Below, piece after piece: positions 1-32,400 of a stretch of 64,000 bases of DNA. This DNA is from Obrimoposthia wandeli (taxonomy: Eukaryota), in NCBI GenBank assembly GCA_977020255.1, contig CDROCS010005550.1, positions 372,001 to 436,000 on the forward strand. The letters run 5' to 3'. A model generated the notes under the pieces. The model had not been told where the DNA came from and did no database searches. It saw only the letters and a program-made list of their open reading frames with translations. The first letter of the stretch is position 1. Every line of letters begins with the position of its first letter. Made by a program: the position numbers and the translations under genes.

Positions 1-389
1 TACATGACCATAGAATGTACATTCCATCTAAAAAAGTTTATTTTTCTAGATACGGATACTTTTGGTTCACACTCTACTACAGAAGCTTAGAAATTTGGTT
101 TAATCTTCGTTAATTAAACACGAATTAGAAATATAATTTATTGTAGAATTTTGTGATTAAGATTTTTGTCTTATTTTTAAGTGACTACTTAAGTTGCATA
201 TAGTTGTTATTTTTTTCCAGGCTCTAAAGTATCACAAAATATTTTGAGTAAATAATAATTCATAATACCTTTAAATATACATGATTTCAAGTTTTTACTT
301 TATTCTAAAATAGTTCTAACTATTTCATATAATATTTGTGATTGAATTGCTAATTAAAACCATGGCCAATAGCAAACGTAAATTATTAC

Positions 390-620
390 AAAATATTCTA
401 AACTACGAAAAAATGAAGAATTATGCATTTAACTCATATCTCTCACTCTGTAATTTATTCTAAAATTCTGTCGATTTTAATGCCATTTTTAATAGTAATA
501 CATTTTCCAATTCAATTAATAATAGGTAATAATTAGGTAACATTGTAAACATAAAATTACTTAAATTTAATGACATTTACTCGTTTCATCTCACACCACC
601 AGTTCTGCTTACCAAAAATA
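390..620 (+). repeat. 231-bp direct repeat, copy 1 (identical to 7126-7356)
   Basis: Base-by-base reading shows no mismatch between aaaatattctaaactacg...ctgcttaccaaaaata at the two sites. A diverged partial copy of the 3' end sits near 1780-1840. Confidence 0.9.
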
Positions 621-779
621 GTCCATCAGGCATTCGTATTAAATCGTGCGACTTCAATGAAGAAAGTCTCACATTGTACCCATATAAAGTTTCAGAATAA
701 GTAGAGAATATTATTTACATTCATTTGCTGTACCGATACAACTACGCTCCAAATAGAATATTTTGATCTTTAAAGGAAG

Positions 780-1380
780 CTGGTATTTCATCAACTTTGC
801 TTCCATCGTCATCTCTATCTTCACTTTCAATATTATCGTTTGAAGTCTCAATAATTTTAGCTCTTTGAAAGTAATTTATCATTCCCACGCATCAACAATC
901 CATCCACATGCTGTTAATAAAGTTGCTTTTCGTAACTTTCTTCCTTTTGTATATGAATGAAAGCCATCGATCATCCATTTTCCGAGATTTTGTGTTGAAA
1001 AATGCACTCTCATTCTATCGGCCATGAAATTGGAATAATATTAAGAATTTGCCTTAAACTCTGCTTTAAGATTGATGGCAGTTGTTGAAACTTAACTTCC
1101 TTCTTTTCTCAACGAAATTACCCATTTTTCATATCTTCTTTCAACTTAGGTCAAATCACGTTCTACCTCTCCTTGTTCTCTTCATCAGGTGCATACCCTC
1201 TTCAACTGTTTTGTCTTTCTCCATCATCTAAAATTGCTTTCATTGACTTAATGTGTTTTACATGCTGATCTTGAGCCATTTCTTCTGTGGATTTAACAAT
1301 TTCTAATTTCCATTTAGCTGTGTACGATTGTGGATACTTTTTATTTCCGATAGGGATATAGTGATTTATATTTTTAACCT
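780..1380 (-). mobile_element. Decayed pogo-family (POGK-like) transposase with the DDE core deleted
   Basis: Minus strand gives SYTAKWKLEIVK (Brinker-type DBD), EKWVISLRKEG..VSTTAINLKA (CENP-B HTH), then jumps to KWMIDGFHSYTKGRKLRKATLLTACGWIVDAW (post-DDE C-terminus); stops and frameshifts present. Confidence 0.7.
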
Positions 1381-2121
1381 ATAAACAAGTTAAGTAATAC
1401 TTTTACATATATTATATAAACAAACAATCTAATTCTATATATTTTTTTAATATTACTAAAGTGTGTATTATACATGAGTACGCAAAATTTTAGGGTATAT
1501 GCAATATGATATTAGAGTTTTTACAAATATTTATCAAAATATATGTTGACTAAATAAAAACTTCTTAATGTACACATCCTTTATTTACAATTACAAATGG
1601 CTGCAAATATTTGAGAAAATATTCAATGGCTGCAGCAAACATTTGACAGAAAAATACACACAAATTTTTATTTTATTTCAGCAAAATCAATTTTAATATC
1701 TCCAGAAAGTTTTATTCTAAAATTATAATATTTTAAAAAGTTTGTTTATTATCAATGTTTAAAATGAAAATTATTTTAACATTTTCATCTCACATCTTCA
1801 CTCTGCTTACCAAAAATAGCTCACAAAATAGACATTCGTAGTAAATATTGTTTAATTCGTATTACATTTGTATAAAGATTTTGGAAACAAATACCAAAGC
1901 TTATCAAGTCAATGAAATAAAATTATATTAAAAGCTATATTCTAAATGAAAGCATTAAGCATTACCAACGACAACTTTAATTTGAAAATATATTTTTGCT
2001 TTATGTCACTTTTCGTAAATGGATTTTAACTTCATATCACATACCTCCACTGAATGTTCTTCAGCGTTTTGATGGTAAATTTATGTAAATTTGTTTCTTT
2101 TACCCTGTATATCGTTTCTAG

Positions 2122-22488
<20,367 letters not shown>

Positions 22489-23419
22489 ATGATCAACTTC
22501 CTAGAGCCTCTTTCTCTTTGTCTATGTCTATTTCTTTCTTTCTATTTTCCTCTTTTTTCAAAACGATATCCATCTCTATCCTCACACGGTCTACTAATAG
22601 TTTGAACCCTCCACATAAAAACTTTAATCAAAATTTAATGTCAATTTTATCAATAAATATTTGATAATTTGTAAAGAAGATTTCTAGAAACAATGTTCTA
22701 CGAACCTTTTTCATTCCCCAGTTGCACTCTGAACAAAAGAGATAAATTTTAGCTTTGTGTCGATTTTTGTACATATTTCAAATGACATTGGATACACTTT
22801 GCCCTGGTAGCGCTCCTATTTTTCCTCTACAACAAACACAGATTTTCTCTCATTTCTCTTCTCATTGTTTATTGGGCTTTGAAGATACCTTTTGGATCTT
22901 TTCATATTTCGTTTCTAATCATGACATCTTGACTTTGCAAAACTATACAAAAGTCACAATAACTTTTTTTACTTTTCTAATTTAATATGTCCTCTCACAT
23001 TTTAGTAAAATTTCCTACAACTTTAATAATACATATCAGATCTTTGTGGGATGAAATTGTTTAGCTTACAACACTTGTTAGAACTTTTTAATACAAATTT
23101 ACTGCACACATTCCAGTTTTCTTGTTTTGTAATTTATCTACTACCTTTTATTGTAAGTAAAATAAATATGATGGATATTTAGTTTTATTTCATTATTTTA
23201 TGTCTGAAAAGTTGCTGAAAATAGTTTTTTTGATAAAATGTTATTAATATTTTATTGAATGTGTACGTTGTTGTTAATGAAAAGTACCTGGATGCATGTA
23301 AAAAATAGCATAAAGTCAAAATTTCATAAATAACTGACTAATTATTTATTTTTATACATTACAAAAAATATTTTCTCTACAACAGTTTTGGGTTTTCTAC
23401 ACATTTCAACAGCACTCAT

Positions 23420-24060
23420 ATGAAATCCTGTTTTAAAGAACTTGATAAGTAATTATTTAAAAAATTCATTATAATTTCTTTCTTTTCAAAGTGTTTCTTT
23501 TTTTATAATCAACAAATAGCCAAAAATGTCTGGGTGTAAGATCTAGACTGTATGGAGTGTGTTGCAATATTTTCAATCAATCTATCTCTATTTTTGCTGC
23601 TGTGACTTTAGCTGTGTAGATGGGTTCGTTGAGCAACTTAAAAAATTGATTCAAGTTGGGGCTTTACATTGTTTGGTTGTTTAATTAATAGTTATAGTCG
23701 TAAAATATACCTTTAATATCCCTGCTTTAGTCCAAAACACGCTAAACATCAGGAAGTTTCAATAACTCTATACGCTAGGAGGTAACTTTGTTGGTTTCTC
23801 GACAGGCAATTTCCACTCCCGAGAGTCTATAGTTGATAATGAAATATAGACTGATTGGGGTTTCATCTTGGATAATAATGTTTTTTAAATATCTTTCTCC
23901 CAACTCATCAAACAGTTTCAAGTTCAATGTATATGTAGCTAAGGATTGTTTATCATCACGTCACTCAAAAACTTAGGTACAGACCATCTACACTGTTTGC
24001 GAATTCCTAAAGTCTCGAATACGTTTTATTTTATCTTACTTACGTTTAGAACTACTCTTC
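23420..24060 (-). mobile_element. Decayed mariner (DD34D-type) transposase
   Basis: LGIRKQCRWSVPKFLS, NIIIQDET, SREWKLP, MFSVFWT, LQHTPYSLDLTP..FWLF correspond to mariner WVPHxL, DET, VFWD and HPPYSPDLAP.DF.LF. Confidence 0.8.
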
Positions 24061-24309
24061 ACGTAAAATGTTATTTTGGTCACCAAATAATGAGACATCG
24101 ATTAAAAACTTGTAAACTTTAATTTAGAACACATATTTCAATTAAAATGGAAAAGCATGTCATCTTTTGACATAAAGCAAATAAATTAGAAGTTGAACTA
24201 GATAAAGAAAATAATTTTTTATATCCTCTTTTAGACTTACTTCTCTACATGAAACCACGGAAAATACTGCTACCTTTAAAAGAAACATTATAATATTTTA
24301 TTGAAAATA

Positions 24310-24546
24310 ATTTATGTTGCCAAGAATGGTCTGTAGATTTTTAATAATAAATCTCAAATTTACATGTCTAGATTTGCTATTCCATTGATTAAAAATATTG
24401 GTTTAGTAGCTGGTACAAGTACTGCTAATGCACTTGGAGAAACGGCCGGAGCTACGACATCAAATCAACAACAAAAACTATATTTCTTCTCTAAAAAAAA
24501 ATACACTCAAATAAGCCAAAACTTAGTTTCCCAAATGAAACAATAA
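24310..24546 (+). pseudogene. Maverick/Polinton small core-protein-like ORF remnant (upstream of MCP)
   Basis: NGL*IF...MSRFAIPLIKNIG resembles the G.GL.VF...LFRFAIPL.K motif of the small ORF that precedes the capsid gene in many Mavericks; position supports the call. Confidence 0.5.
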
Positions 24547-25624
24547 TGCTGTTGAGAGTTTAAATAAAGTTGCAAATTTTGTTGAACAAGATGAAAATGG
24601 TCTTAAACGTAAAATAAATAATTTAAATATTATAAACAAGCGTCTTAAAGGTACTATTTTTCAAAATTACTAGTGTAAAATCTGAATTATGTATTTTCAA
24701 CAGACAATTACCATAAATAGGAATTGAAAATTCAAGATTTGAAGAAATATTTCCAATCAATTCGATCACTGGTGGAAATTTGAATGACATAGAATTTAAT
24801 ATTCATGCATCTGAAGAAGATTATCTGAATTTGAATGATACTTTATTAAATATTAAATGAAAAGTTGTAAATGAAGATGGTACTAATTTAACTAAACATA
24901 GTGATGTAGCTCCAGAGAATTATATGTTTCAAACTTTGTTTATATATGTTATTCTAACACTCAATAATGTAATGATTGAAGGTATTAACGGATCGTATAC
25001 TCATAAGGTAATTTTAGATACTAATCTTGAATGCTCTGGGTATGATGATGATGTGGAAAATCGTAAGCAATGGATAAGTGAATCCAAAATATTTTCATTG
25101 TGTAATTCAATTAGATTATATTTTTTTGATCAACCAAAATATTTAATTCCAGGGTTTAATATTCATTTAAAATTTATGAGAAACCAATTTTTTTACTCTT
25201 TTCGAAAACTTTAAATCTAATTATTCTAATTCTAGATGCTAGATTGTATGTAAGACGAGTAAAAGTTTATTCTTCGGTAATTGGGTCATAAGTTAAGACT
25301 GCAAAGTCAGAATGCTGTTTGCCCAATTAGAAAAACTCAGTTAGTAACATATTAAATTCCTTTAGGTTAATAATAATTCCTTTTGGAAATTAATAAGGAT
25401 CAAATATTCAGTTTATCAAAGTTTTTTTGATTGATTTCAAAGCAACACATCAGGGTGGTAAGGAATACAAAGTTATATCTTCTACGATCAATACTTCAAA
25501 CATTTCATCAATATCATTAGCTAGAAATACAGATTATTGAGATACTTATAATCTGAATTATAACAATTTATCTTTACCATATATGTTGGGTTTTGAAATT
25601 AATTAATTTGTCAATTTAAGTTGA

Positions 25625-26379
25625 CATTTTTGCTGAGGTGCCCACAATCAGGGAAGTATTTGTTATCAGCCTCCGACGGGGTAAAAACCCCGTTTCGCCT
25701 TGCCAGGCTCATCAGGGAGGCGGCGAAAAAGTTGAACTACAGAGAAAAGATAAGGAGATGTTTTATTGCTGGATTTTCCGCCCAGTTCTCCGGATCTCCC
25801 AGCGGTTTTCCACCTTCCTCCATCATCATCCAGAGAATAATCATCATCATCATCTCCGTCATCCATCGGGACAACATTATCACGGACAGCACTATCATCA
25901 TCATGTTGGACATCATCGACATCATCATCACANNNNNNNNNNNNNNNNNNNNNNNNNNNNNNNNNNNNNNNNNNNNNNNNNNNNNNNNNNNNNNNNNNNN
26001 NNNNNNNNNNNNNNNNNNNNNNNNNNNNNNNNNNNNNNNNNNNNNNNNNNNNNNNNNNNNNNNNNNNNNNNNNNNNNNNNNNNNNNNNNNNNNNNNNNNN
26101 NNNNNNNNNNNNNNNNNNNNNNNNNNNNNNNNNNNNNNNNNNNNNNNNNNNNNNNNNNNNNNNNNNNNNNNNNNNNNNNNNNNNNNNNNNNNNNNNNNNN
26201 NNNNNNNNNNNNNNNNNNNNNNNNNNNNNNNNCCCCTACCAGCGAAAGTTTTCTCTGCCCAAAATTATCGACTTTTGCACTATATAACAGTGCTGGATTT
26301 TAGTCAGTTTTCAGTGTTTTTCGATACAAATAAAAAGAAACAAACACTTATTATTACCTCAAATCTATCCGGATTCAAC
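25625..26379. mobile_element. GC-rich, (CAT)n-rich insert of unknown type inside the MCP relic, spanning an assembly gap
   Basis: Sharp compositional shift; bounded by a 7-bp direct repeat AAGTTGA (25618-25624, 26380-26386); tatataa...cagt...aataaa arrangement after the gap resembles an LTR. Confidence 0.4.
25933..26232. other. Assembly gap (300 N)
   Basis: Run of N directly in the sequence. Confidence 1.
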
Positions 26380-26890
26380 AAGTTGAAAACAATTTTTTTA
26401 CGGTCAATTATAAATTTATTAAATTTGAAAAATTTAGAATCAATTCTATTGGCAATTGTTTTTGATAACATTCATCATCAGATACTTAAGTAGTTTCAAC
26501 ATATATACAATCAATTATTCGAAATATAAATCTATTAGAAAAAAGCCTAAATAATGGCATCAGATTTTCTGATTTAATATCAGAAAGTTCAATTTTTCCT
26601 TTTCTATTAGCTCCATATTTTTATATCAACACTACTCAGATACCGAAAACTGGTCATTTAAGACTTGAAATTAGATTTGATCATCCTCTTGCTGTTCCTA
26701 TAAGTGTTTTTATATACGGAATATTTGATTCCAAAATTCAGTAAACAAAAAATAAAACTGTGATTGTATGAAGTAAGCTTAATTGCATTTTTTTCTCTTT
26801 AATTTAAATTCTTACTTTATAAATTTATAAATCAGGTAAAATATTATTAAATAATAAATTTAATGAATTATTTTTATTGAATAAAATTGC

Positions 26891-27130
26891 ATCATTAAAA
26901 CCCCCGGACGTTACATTAATAATACACATACTTCAAATCTAACAAGTGAATATTGGATAGCGTTATTCGTTGACAAGTTCGAGTTTAAAGTATTTGATCC
27001 TTTTGGAATTTTTTACCCTTCAAAGTTGATATCTACACTTCAAAAATAAAACATTCCAAAATACAAAATTTGAGTTAAATGTCAGAATCTATTTACTAAA
27101 ACCTGCGGACCACTGAGTTTTTATGGTTGA
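26891..27130 (+). pseudogene. Adenain-like (Maverick maturation) cysteine protease pseudogene
   Basis: One frame: YINNTHTSNLTSEYWIALFVDKFEFKVFDPFG...CQNLFTKTCG with two internal stops; matches NTD..PG.HW.A....FDSFG...Q...S..CG; the catalytic His position reads Tyr. Confidence 0.75.
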
Positions 27131-27223
27131 AACTGCAATAGATATGAATTTAAGTATAAACAAATATAACTTTTGTATATATTTTTTTTATTTAAATGGC
27201 TTTTATTGATTTAGAGTTTTGAA

Positions 27224-27372
27224 GGTGTGCGCATACATGTACTGGATGGTGTGCACAACATGTAATTGTTGATGTGCGCACGTATGCATTGTTAGTATTC
27301 GCACACATGTACGTGGAAGTGTGCGCATACATGCACTTGATAGTGTGCGCACACAGGGGTCAAGTGGGTTAA
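27224..27372. repeat. Six imperfect 23-24-bp repeats (gtgtgcgcatacatg..) ending in a piggyBac-like terminus GGG|TTAA
   Basis: Units start near 27224, 27248, 27271, 27294, 27318 and 27342; followed by ggtcaagtggg|ttaa. No partner TIR found. Confidence 0.55.
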
Positions 27373-27479
27373 ACTCCATTCTTCTACCTACTTATATAAG
27401 ATTGTTAATTTTATGAAGAAAGAATAAAAAATCGAATAAAATATTCAGTGGTATTCGAAAATTCCAACAGTACGTAATT

Positions 27480-28020
27480 TAGAAAAATATGGGTATTGAA
27501 AATGTAAATAGTCTTAATAAACTCATTGTGTCAATTACTTATAACACGATTTAAGGATTTTCATATTCGACTGCAAAATTAATAATATATCTGAAATTGG
27601 TAAAAAATAATATTAAAAAACAAGTTATTGAAGAAATATAGATAGTCTAAATGAAGCTGTATGAGTGATTGAATGTGTTCAAGAGTTCATCTTAGAATAA
27701 AAATGGAAATCTGAAATTTAAGAAAAAAAATCGTGTGACACTTTTCAACGATGAAAATGATAGATTATCTAAATATATATGTGAAAATGATTTTCGAATT
27801 TTGAATGATATTGACTGAAGAATTTTATCAACATTTTGTGACTGAACGCACAACTTCTTTTATTTTGTATTTGAAAAGCCATAAAATGTTTTATACTCAC
27901 GTACTTTATGTAATAGAGATTTGCTTTCAAATGTTTTTCATTGAGATCTACAATGTTCTGTTCAAACCTATGAGACCTATTAGACCTATGAATCAAGGTA
28001 CATAGCCATAACCTTTGTTT
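27480..28020 (+). mobile_element. Decayed pogo/Tigger-like transposase
   Basis: ...NDID/TEEFYQ..VTERT (N.DETGLFY...T-like) and RPMNQG (QPMDQG-like). Confidence 0.4.
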
Positions 28021-28122
28021 TCTTAGTGTTAACATTACATTTTGAAAATTCTACCAAAACATTATTAGTATAAATGTAGTCACAATAAAGAATTGAGAAG
28101 ACACAAATTTGAAAATCTAAGA

Positions 28123-28461
28123 CAGTGTTTCTTAACCTGTGGGTAATTTGAAATTTCCAAGTTGATCTCACATGCTATACATTTTAATACCGATGGTTAT
28201 TTTATTTATTGTTAATTTAACAATTTTTTTATTTAAATAAAATAACATTTTAGGTTTTTATTTTTATATTAACTTTGTTTATATATTCCCTATTAAAACG
28301 AGATATTTTTAATCTTTTCATAAACAAGAAACAAGTTCAAAAATCACTTTAACATTGGAGAATAATAAAAATAAATAACTGTCTTGTTTTTTAGAGTGAT
28401 GGGTAATTCGATTTTATTTTTCTAAACTTAGTAATTGATAGAAAAAGGTTAATAAACGTTG
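28123..28461. mobile_element. hAT (Buster/Charlie-type) MITE, 339 bp, with 8-bp TSD ATCTAAGA
   Basis: Left TIR CAGTGTTTCTTAACCT, right TIR AGGTTAATAAACGTTG; ATCTAAGA at 28115-28122 and 28462-28469, with the central TA typical of Buster targets. Confidence 0.85.
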
Positions 28462-29329
28462 ATCTAAGAGATATTGTGAAGAAAATACCAATGAAAAGAG
28501 TACTACATGATATATTAAAAAAATTTAAATCCCAGAAGATTAAACAAAAATAAGTTATCAAATAAGATTTAACAGTGAAATATTAAAAAAATAATTAAAT
28601 ATGTTTTGTTTGATTTTATAATCTACAATTAGTCAGTGGAAATTTAAAATAATACACGTTTTTATTAAATTGTAAACTTTTAAGGTTTTCAATATTTAAT
28701 TTGACTATGTTAAATTCATATGACGTTACCAGCAAATTATGTTTTATAATGATATTTTTATGTTTTTTGATGAAATATATTGCAATTAAAATTGAAAATA
28801 ATAGCAATATTGAAATAATAAAAAAAACGTTTGAGAAATAAGTTATTAATTGAACTGCAAATTATAAAAATAAAGTGAAAAAATATGATCTTTGATTATT
28901 TAATTTCAATTTGCAGTTTTTTTAGACATATTTTTATAATGAAAAATAAATTTAAAAAATACTTTAAAAAAAAGAAACAAAATTTATGTCAGCAACCAAA
29001 GAAAGGTGAAAAAAAGTTTACATAATATCTTTTTAATAATGCTAAATTATAAAATTTATGATTCATGAATTTTATTAAAAATAAAGAGAATTTAAATATA
29101 AAACTTTCTTTAACTTTGCAAAATTTACGAAGAATTTTCTGTCTATCAAAATTAATACTTTTCCTGGGTAGAAAATTCAGTTTATGGCGGCTTAATATTT
29201 TTGACTACTATAATCTGATTTTATGAGAAATTTTGTATTTTGTTAACAAATTTTATTTTCAGAAAGATTAAAATAAAAATAAACTAGGTTATTATTTAGA
29301 ATATTTTAGAAACTTTGAAAGAACTGAAA

Positions 29330-29456
29330 ATGTCTACTGTAAAAGTTGTCAAACTTGATCGAGAAATTAGAGATGAATTGAAAATGTTTAAAGATCATTT
29401 TCCATCAGTAGTGAATGTAAAATTTGCGCGTGCACCTGGAAGAGTTAATATCATCG
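29330..29456 (+). CDS. GALK2: GALK2 exon 1: MSTVKVVK...APGRVNII
   Basis: ATG at 29330; donor |gtatat. An additional upstream exon cannot be excluded. Confidence 0.88.
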
Positions 29457-32400
29457 GTATATTTGTAATGATTTGATATTAAAACTGTAAAACAGGAGAA
29501 CATATCGATTACTGTGGCTATACCGTTATGCCAATGGCAATAAAGAATGACATTTTTATGATATTTGGTTCAGAAGGTGATAATAAAATTTCTCTGTTTA
29601 ACACAGACAGTCATTACGGGTAATTATTGTTAATGATGAAAACTGATTTTTATTATGAGTATAAGAGAAGTGTTTTTCATAGTTTGCAGTATCTTTAATT
29701 AGGGTAAATGAAAACTAATCTTTATTTTATGTATATTTTTAAATTGCGATGAGCTGTGAATTTGGACTTTTTGAGTAGCTGTTAGATCTAAGTAATTTTC
29801 CTATAAAATATTTGGTCGTGTGTCCTTGATCATGACATGGTCGCAGTTACTTGTTTGTGTTGGTTGTCATTCTTTGATATTTTGCCGAGGTTCTCAGATA
29901 AAAAGTCGAGGCAAGACAACAAAAAGTGGACATGCGCCAACACAAACTGTAGCTCGAGACCGGGAGATTCTTGAACACTTCCAATGGACGTATTGATAGC
30001 CGTAACTGTTCTTCATATACTTAAGTTTTGTTACCGACTTAATGTAGACTTTTTGACAAGGTCATTGTCGCTTTTTTAGCTTTTATAGTTTATTCTCGAC
30101 TATCAAAGTTGTGATGTAGTGATTATAGTCTTCGCAATTGTCCCACTTCATCTGTGAAACTAGTCCATTGATTCATATATCTATCTTACATGCCTACCAC
30201 ACAAGAAAGGTGGATGAGTAGAATACACAAATATATTTCAAATAGCGCTAATATCTAAGAAATCTCTGATGGTGTACTCAACATAAGGCTTTCCATAAGG
30301 CTTTTGTAGAACTACACGTTGTTTACTATGCTTTGTTTTCAATTTTGCACCGGTTAATCAAGCATTGGTGCAATAATCGCAGCGGTAGCATTGTAGTTAT
30401 CTCAGTTGTGAGATATTTTCTTTATCGACAAATCTTTTTGATGTGACTGTTGCATGTTCGTATCACTATTCATTTGACAACCCGTGTTCTTTGAGAAAGC
30501 TCGGCGTTGAATGAATTTGCTTCCACAGCACAATGCGGTCAGTCGTTGTAAATTCTAGCAAACATAACCAGACGGCTGAAAGATCGTTATCTTGATTTGA
30601 ATGCTTTACATGTTAGTTAACGATGTTTCGGTTGTCTTTACAGTGGATAAATGATTCCAGACGACAATATAATTTCACGTAGAACATTTTCATCATTGCG
30701 CTTTTCTCTGTTGTTGTCAAATTCTTTTTATATAGCATAGTTATTTGCAAATGCTCCAATGTTCTTCGATAGTGTCATTGCTTCATTCTCTCGACATGCT
30801 AACCATTTCTCCTTTCTGTCGTCTCCACTAATTTAATTGTGTTTTCCAAATATTTTTTAACACAATATAAATAAAGTTTAATTAAAATGCAGAAAAGAGA
30901 CAAAATAAGTCATGTTCGTCTTCTGGTTCCAAATCGTGTAACAATTTTGACGTCTATTTCTATGCAATAGTGATATTTTCGTCTTTGGTATTATTGACCT
31001 GTCTCGAACGCGGAGCTTTATCGATTTCTTGCAGACTTGAAAGTTGGTAACATAGCCTGAGAAGCAGATGGTAGCGTTTCTGTAGTTCTGACACAACTTC
31101 CATTCGATTGCCACCAAGAACTGTCCTATCGGCTTTCTCTTGGTTTGGTTGTATATCCATCTACGGATGGGGAATGGTCCGGGGAGTTGGACAATACAAA
31201 TGCTCTGCCATTGAAGCGCTCATAAAACCTACATCTCCAGCCGGAAAGACCTGTTTATTGGTCCTATTATGTAGGTGTCCCCGACTAGGGTTCTCTTGTT
31301 CCTGTTCAAATATGATGTCCATTTTAGCTGTATATACCTTAGCGACCCTGTCCTGTCGATTGGCATTTATTGATTCCAGTTATAAAGGGCGACCAATAAA
31401 TATGTCCACGAGAACATTATTAAGATCTTGTATTTATTAATCTGTAAATTTGTAATTATCATAATTGCGGAGAAAATATTCGTTCAGATTGGTATAATGA
31501 ACATGTATCCGTCTTCTAATGTACGATTACCCCGGTTTAAGGTGTGAGTGTAAGTCTATGTAAATCCCAATATAAATGTCATGTGTACTGCTATCCAATA
31601 CTACTATTTCTCAGTTTGTACTGGGTTTTCAAGGCATGTGATGATTTAAAATTGGGTCCCATCTGGAAATAGTAGTAGATTGCAGGTTCAAACCTTGATG
31701 TTTTACTGTGTTCCAGCAAAATCCCAGTGTAAAACCTGCGAAATAGTGATATATGACAGGAATAATATTACTGGGGCCCATCTGGTTGTTTAGTATCAAA
31801 TCTGGGACGAGCATGGTCTTGGCACTGTATGCTTTTTTTAAAGGATCAAAAAATTATGCTCAGCTATTCCCCAAGTGCCAAGGCCCTCTATTACCCAATT
31901 CTGGGTTGTGAACAGAACTCTTATTCGCGACAGGTTAATGCTTATTATATACAAAATGAGTTCGAGAAACAAAAAATTGAAAATTACGAATCTGCTGGAT
32001 TTCCATAAAACTCTATTATTTACATATTCGCATTTGGAGTTTCTAAAGACACGTATGAGGGACATTAGTGAAGAACATGGTGAAAGGATTTATCAAGACA
32101 AAGTAACGATGGAAAATATATATGCAGGAAAATGGGATGCTGCTATGATGTGAAATTATGTTTGCTCCCTTGTTCGTTGCGATAATACATCTTTTAAACG
32201 AAACGCTGATCAAGCGTGCAAATTAACAGCAATGATATATTTAATCGTCTAAAGCTTCTCTACAATTTACCATCTGAATTGACAATATATGACTATAATG
32301 TGGCTGACAATTTGGTTGTAACATAAGTTCTTTCTGACAGTGATATCGTAAGCCTTTTCATATTCAATGAGGTGGACGAGGTGCTGGATACTGATGATGG

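Larger units (their letters stand above)
24670..26771 (+). pseudogene. Maverick/Polinton (adintovirus-like) major capsid protein pseudogene, interrupted at ~25620-26390
   Basis: N-terminus KSELCIF...EEIFPINSI...IEFNI...YLNLNDTLL.IK.KVVNEDGTNL...VAPENYMFQTLF; middle ILDARLYVRRVKV...CPIRK; C-terminus FPFLLAP...GHLRLEIRFDHPL..PISVFIYGIFD. These follow the PY/MCP motifs KSELDLF, PIEF, FVRKVKV, FAFDLTP and GNLRLELRF. Many stops and frameshifts. Confidence 0.8.

Noticed and set aside
1-2121. CDKL 5' exons (GEGSYG, AIKKF, LKHPNL motifs)
   Set aside because: Not found by reading; presumably upstream of the window.
25621-26493. 290-aa and 221-aa His/Ile-rich ORFs
   Set aside because: Their length depends on translating 300 N; the low-complexity part is a (CAT)n tract.
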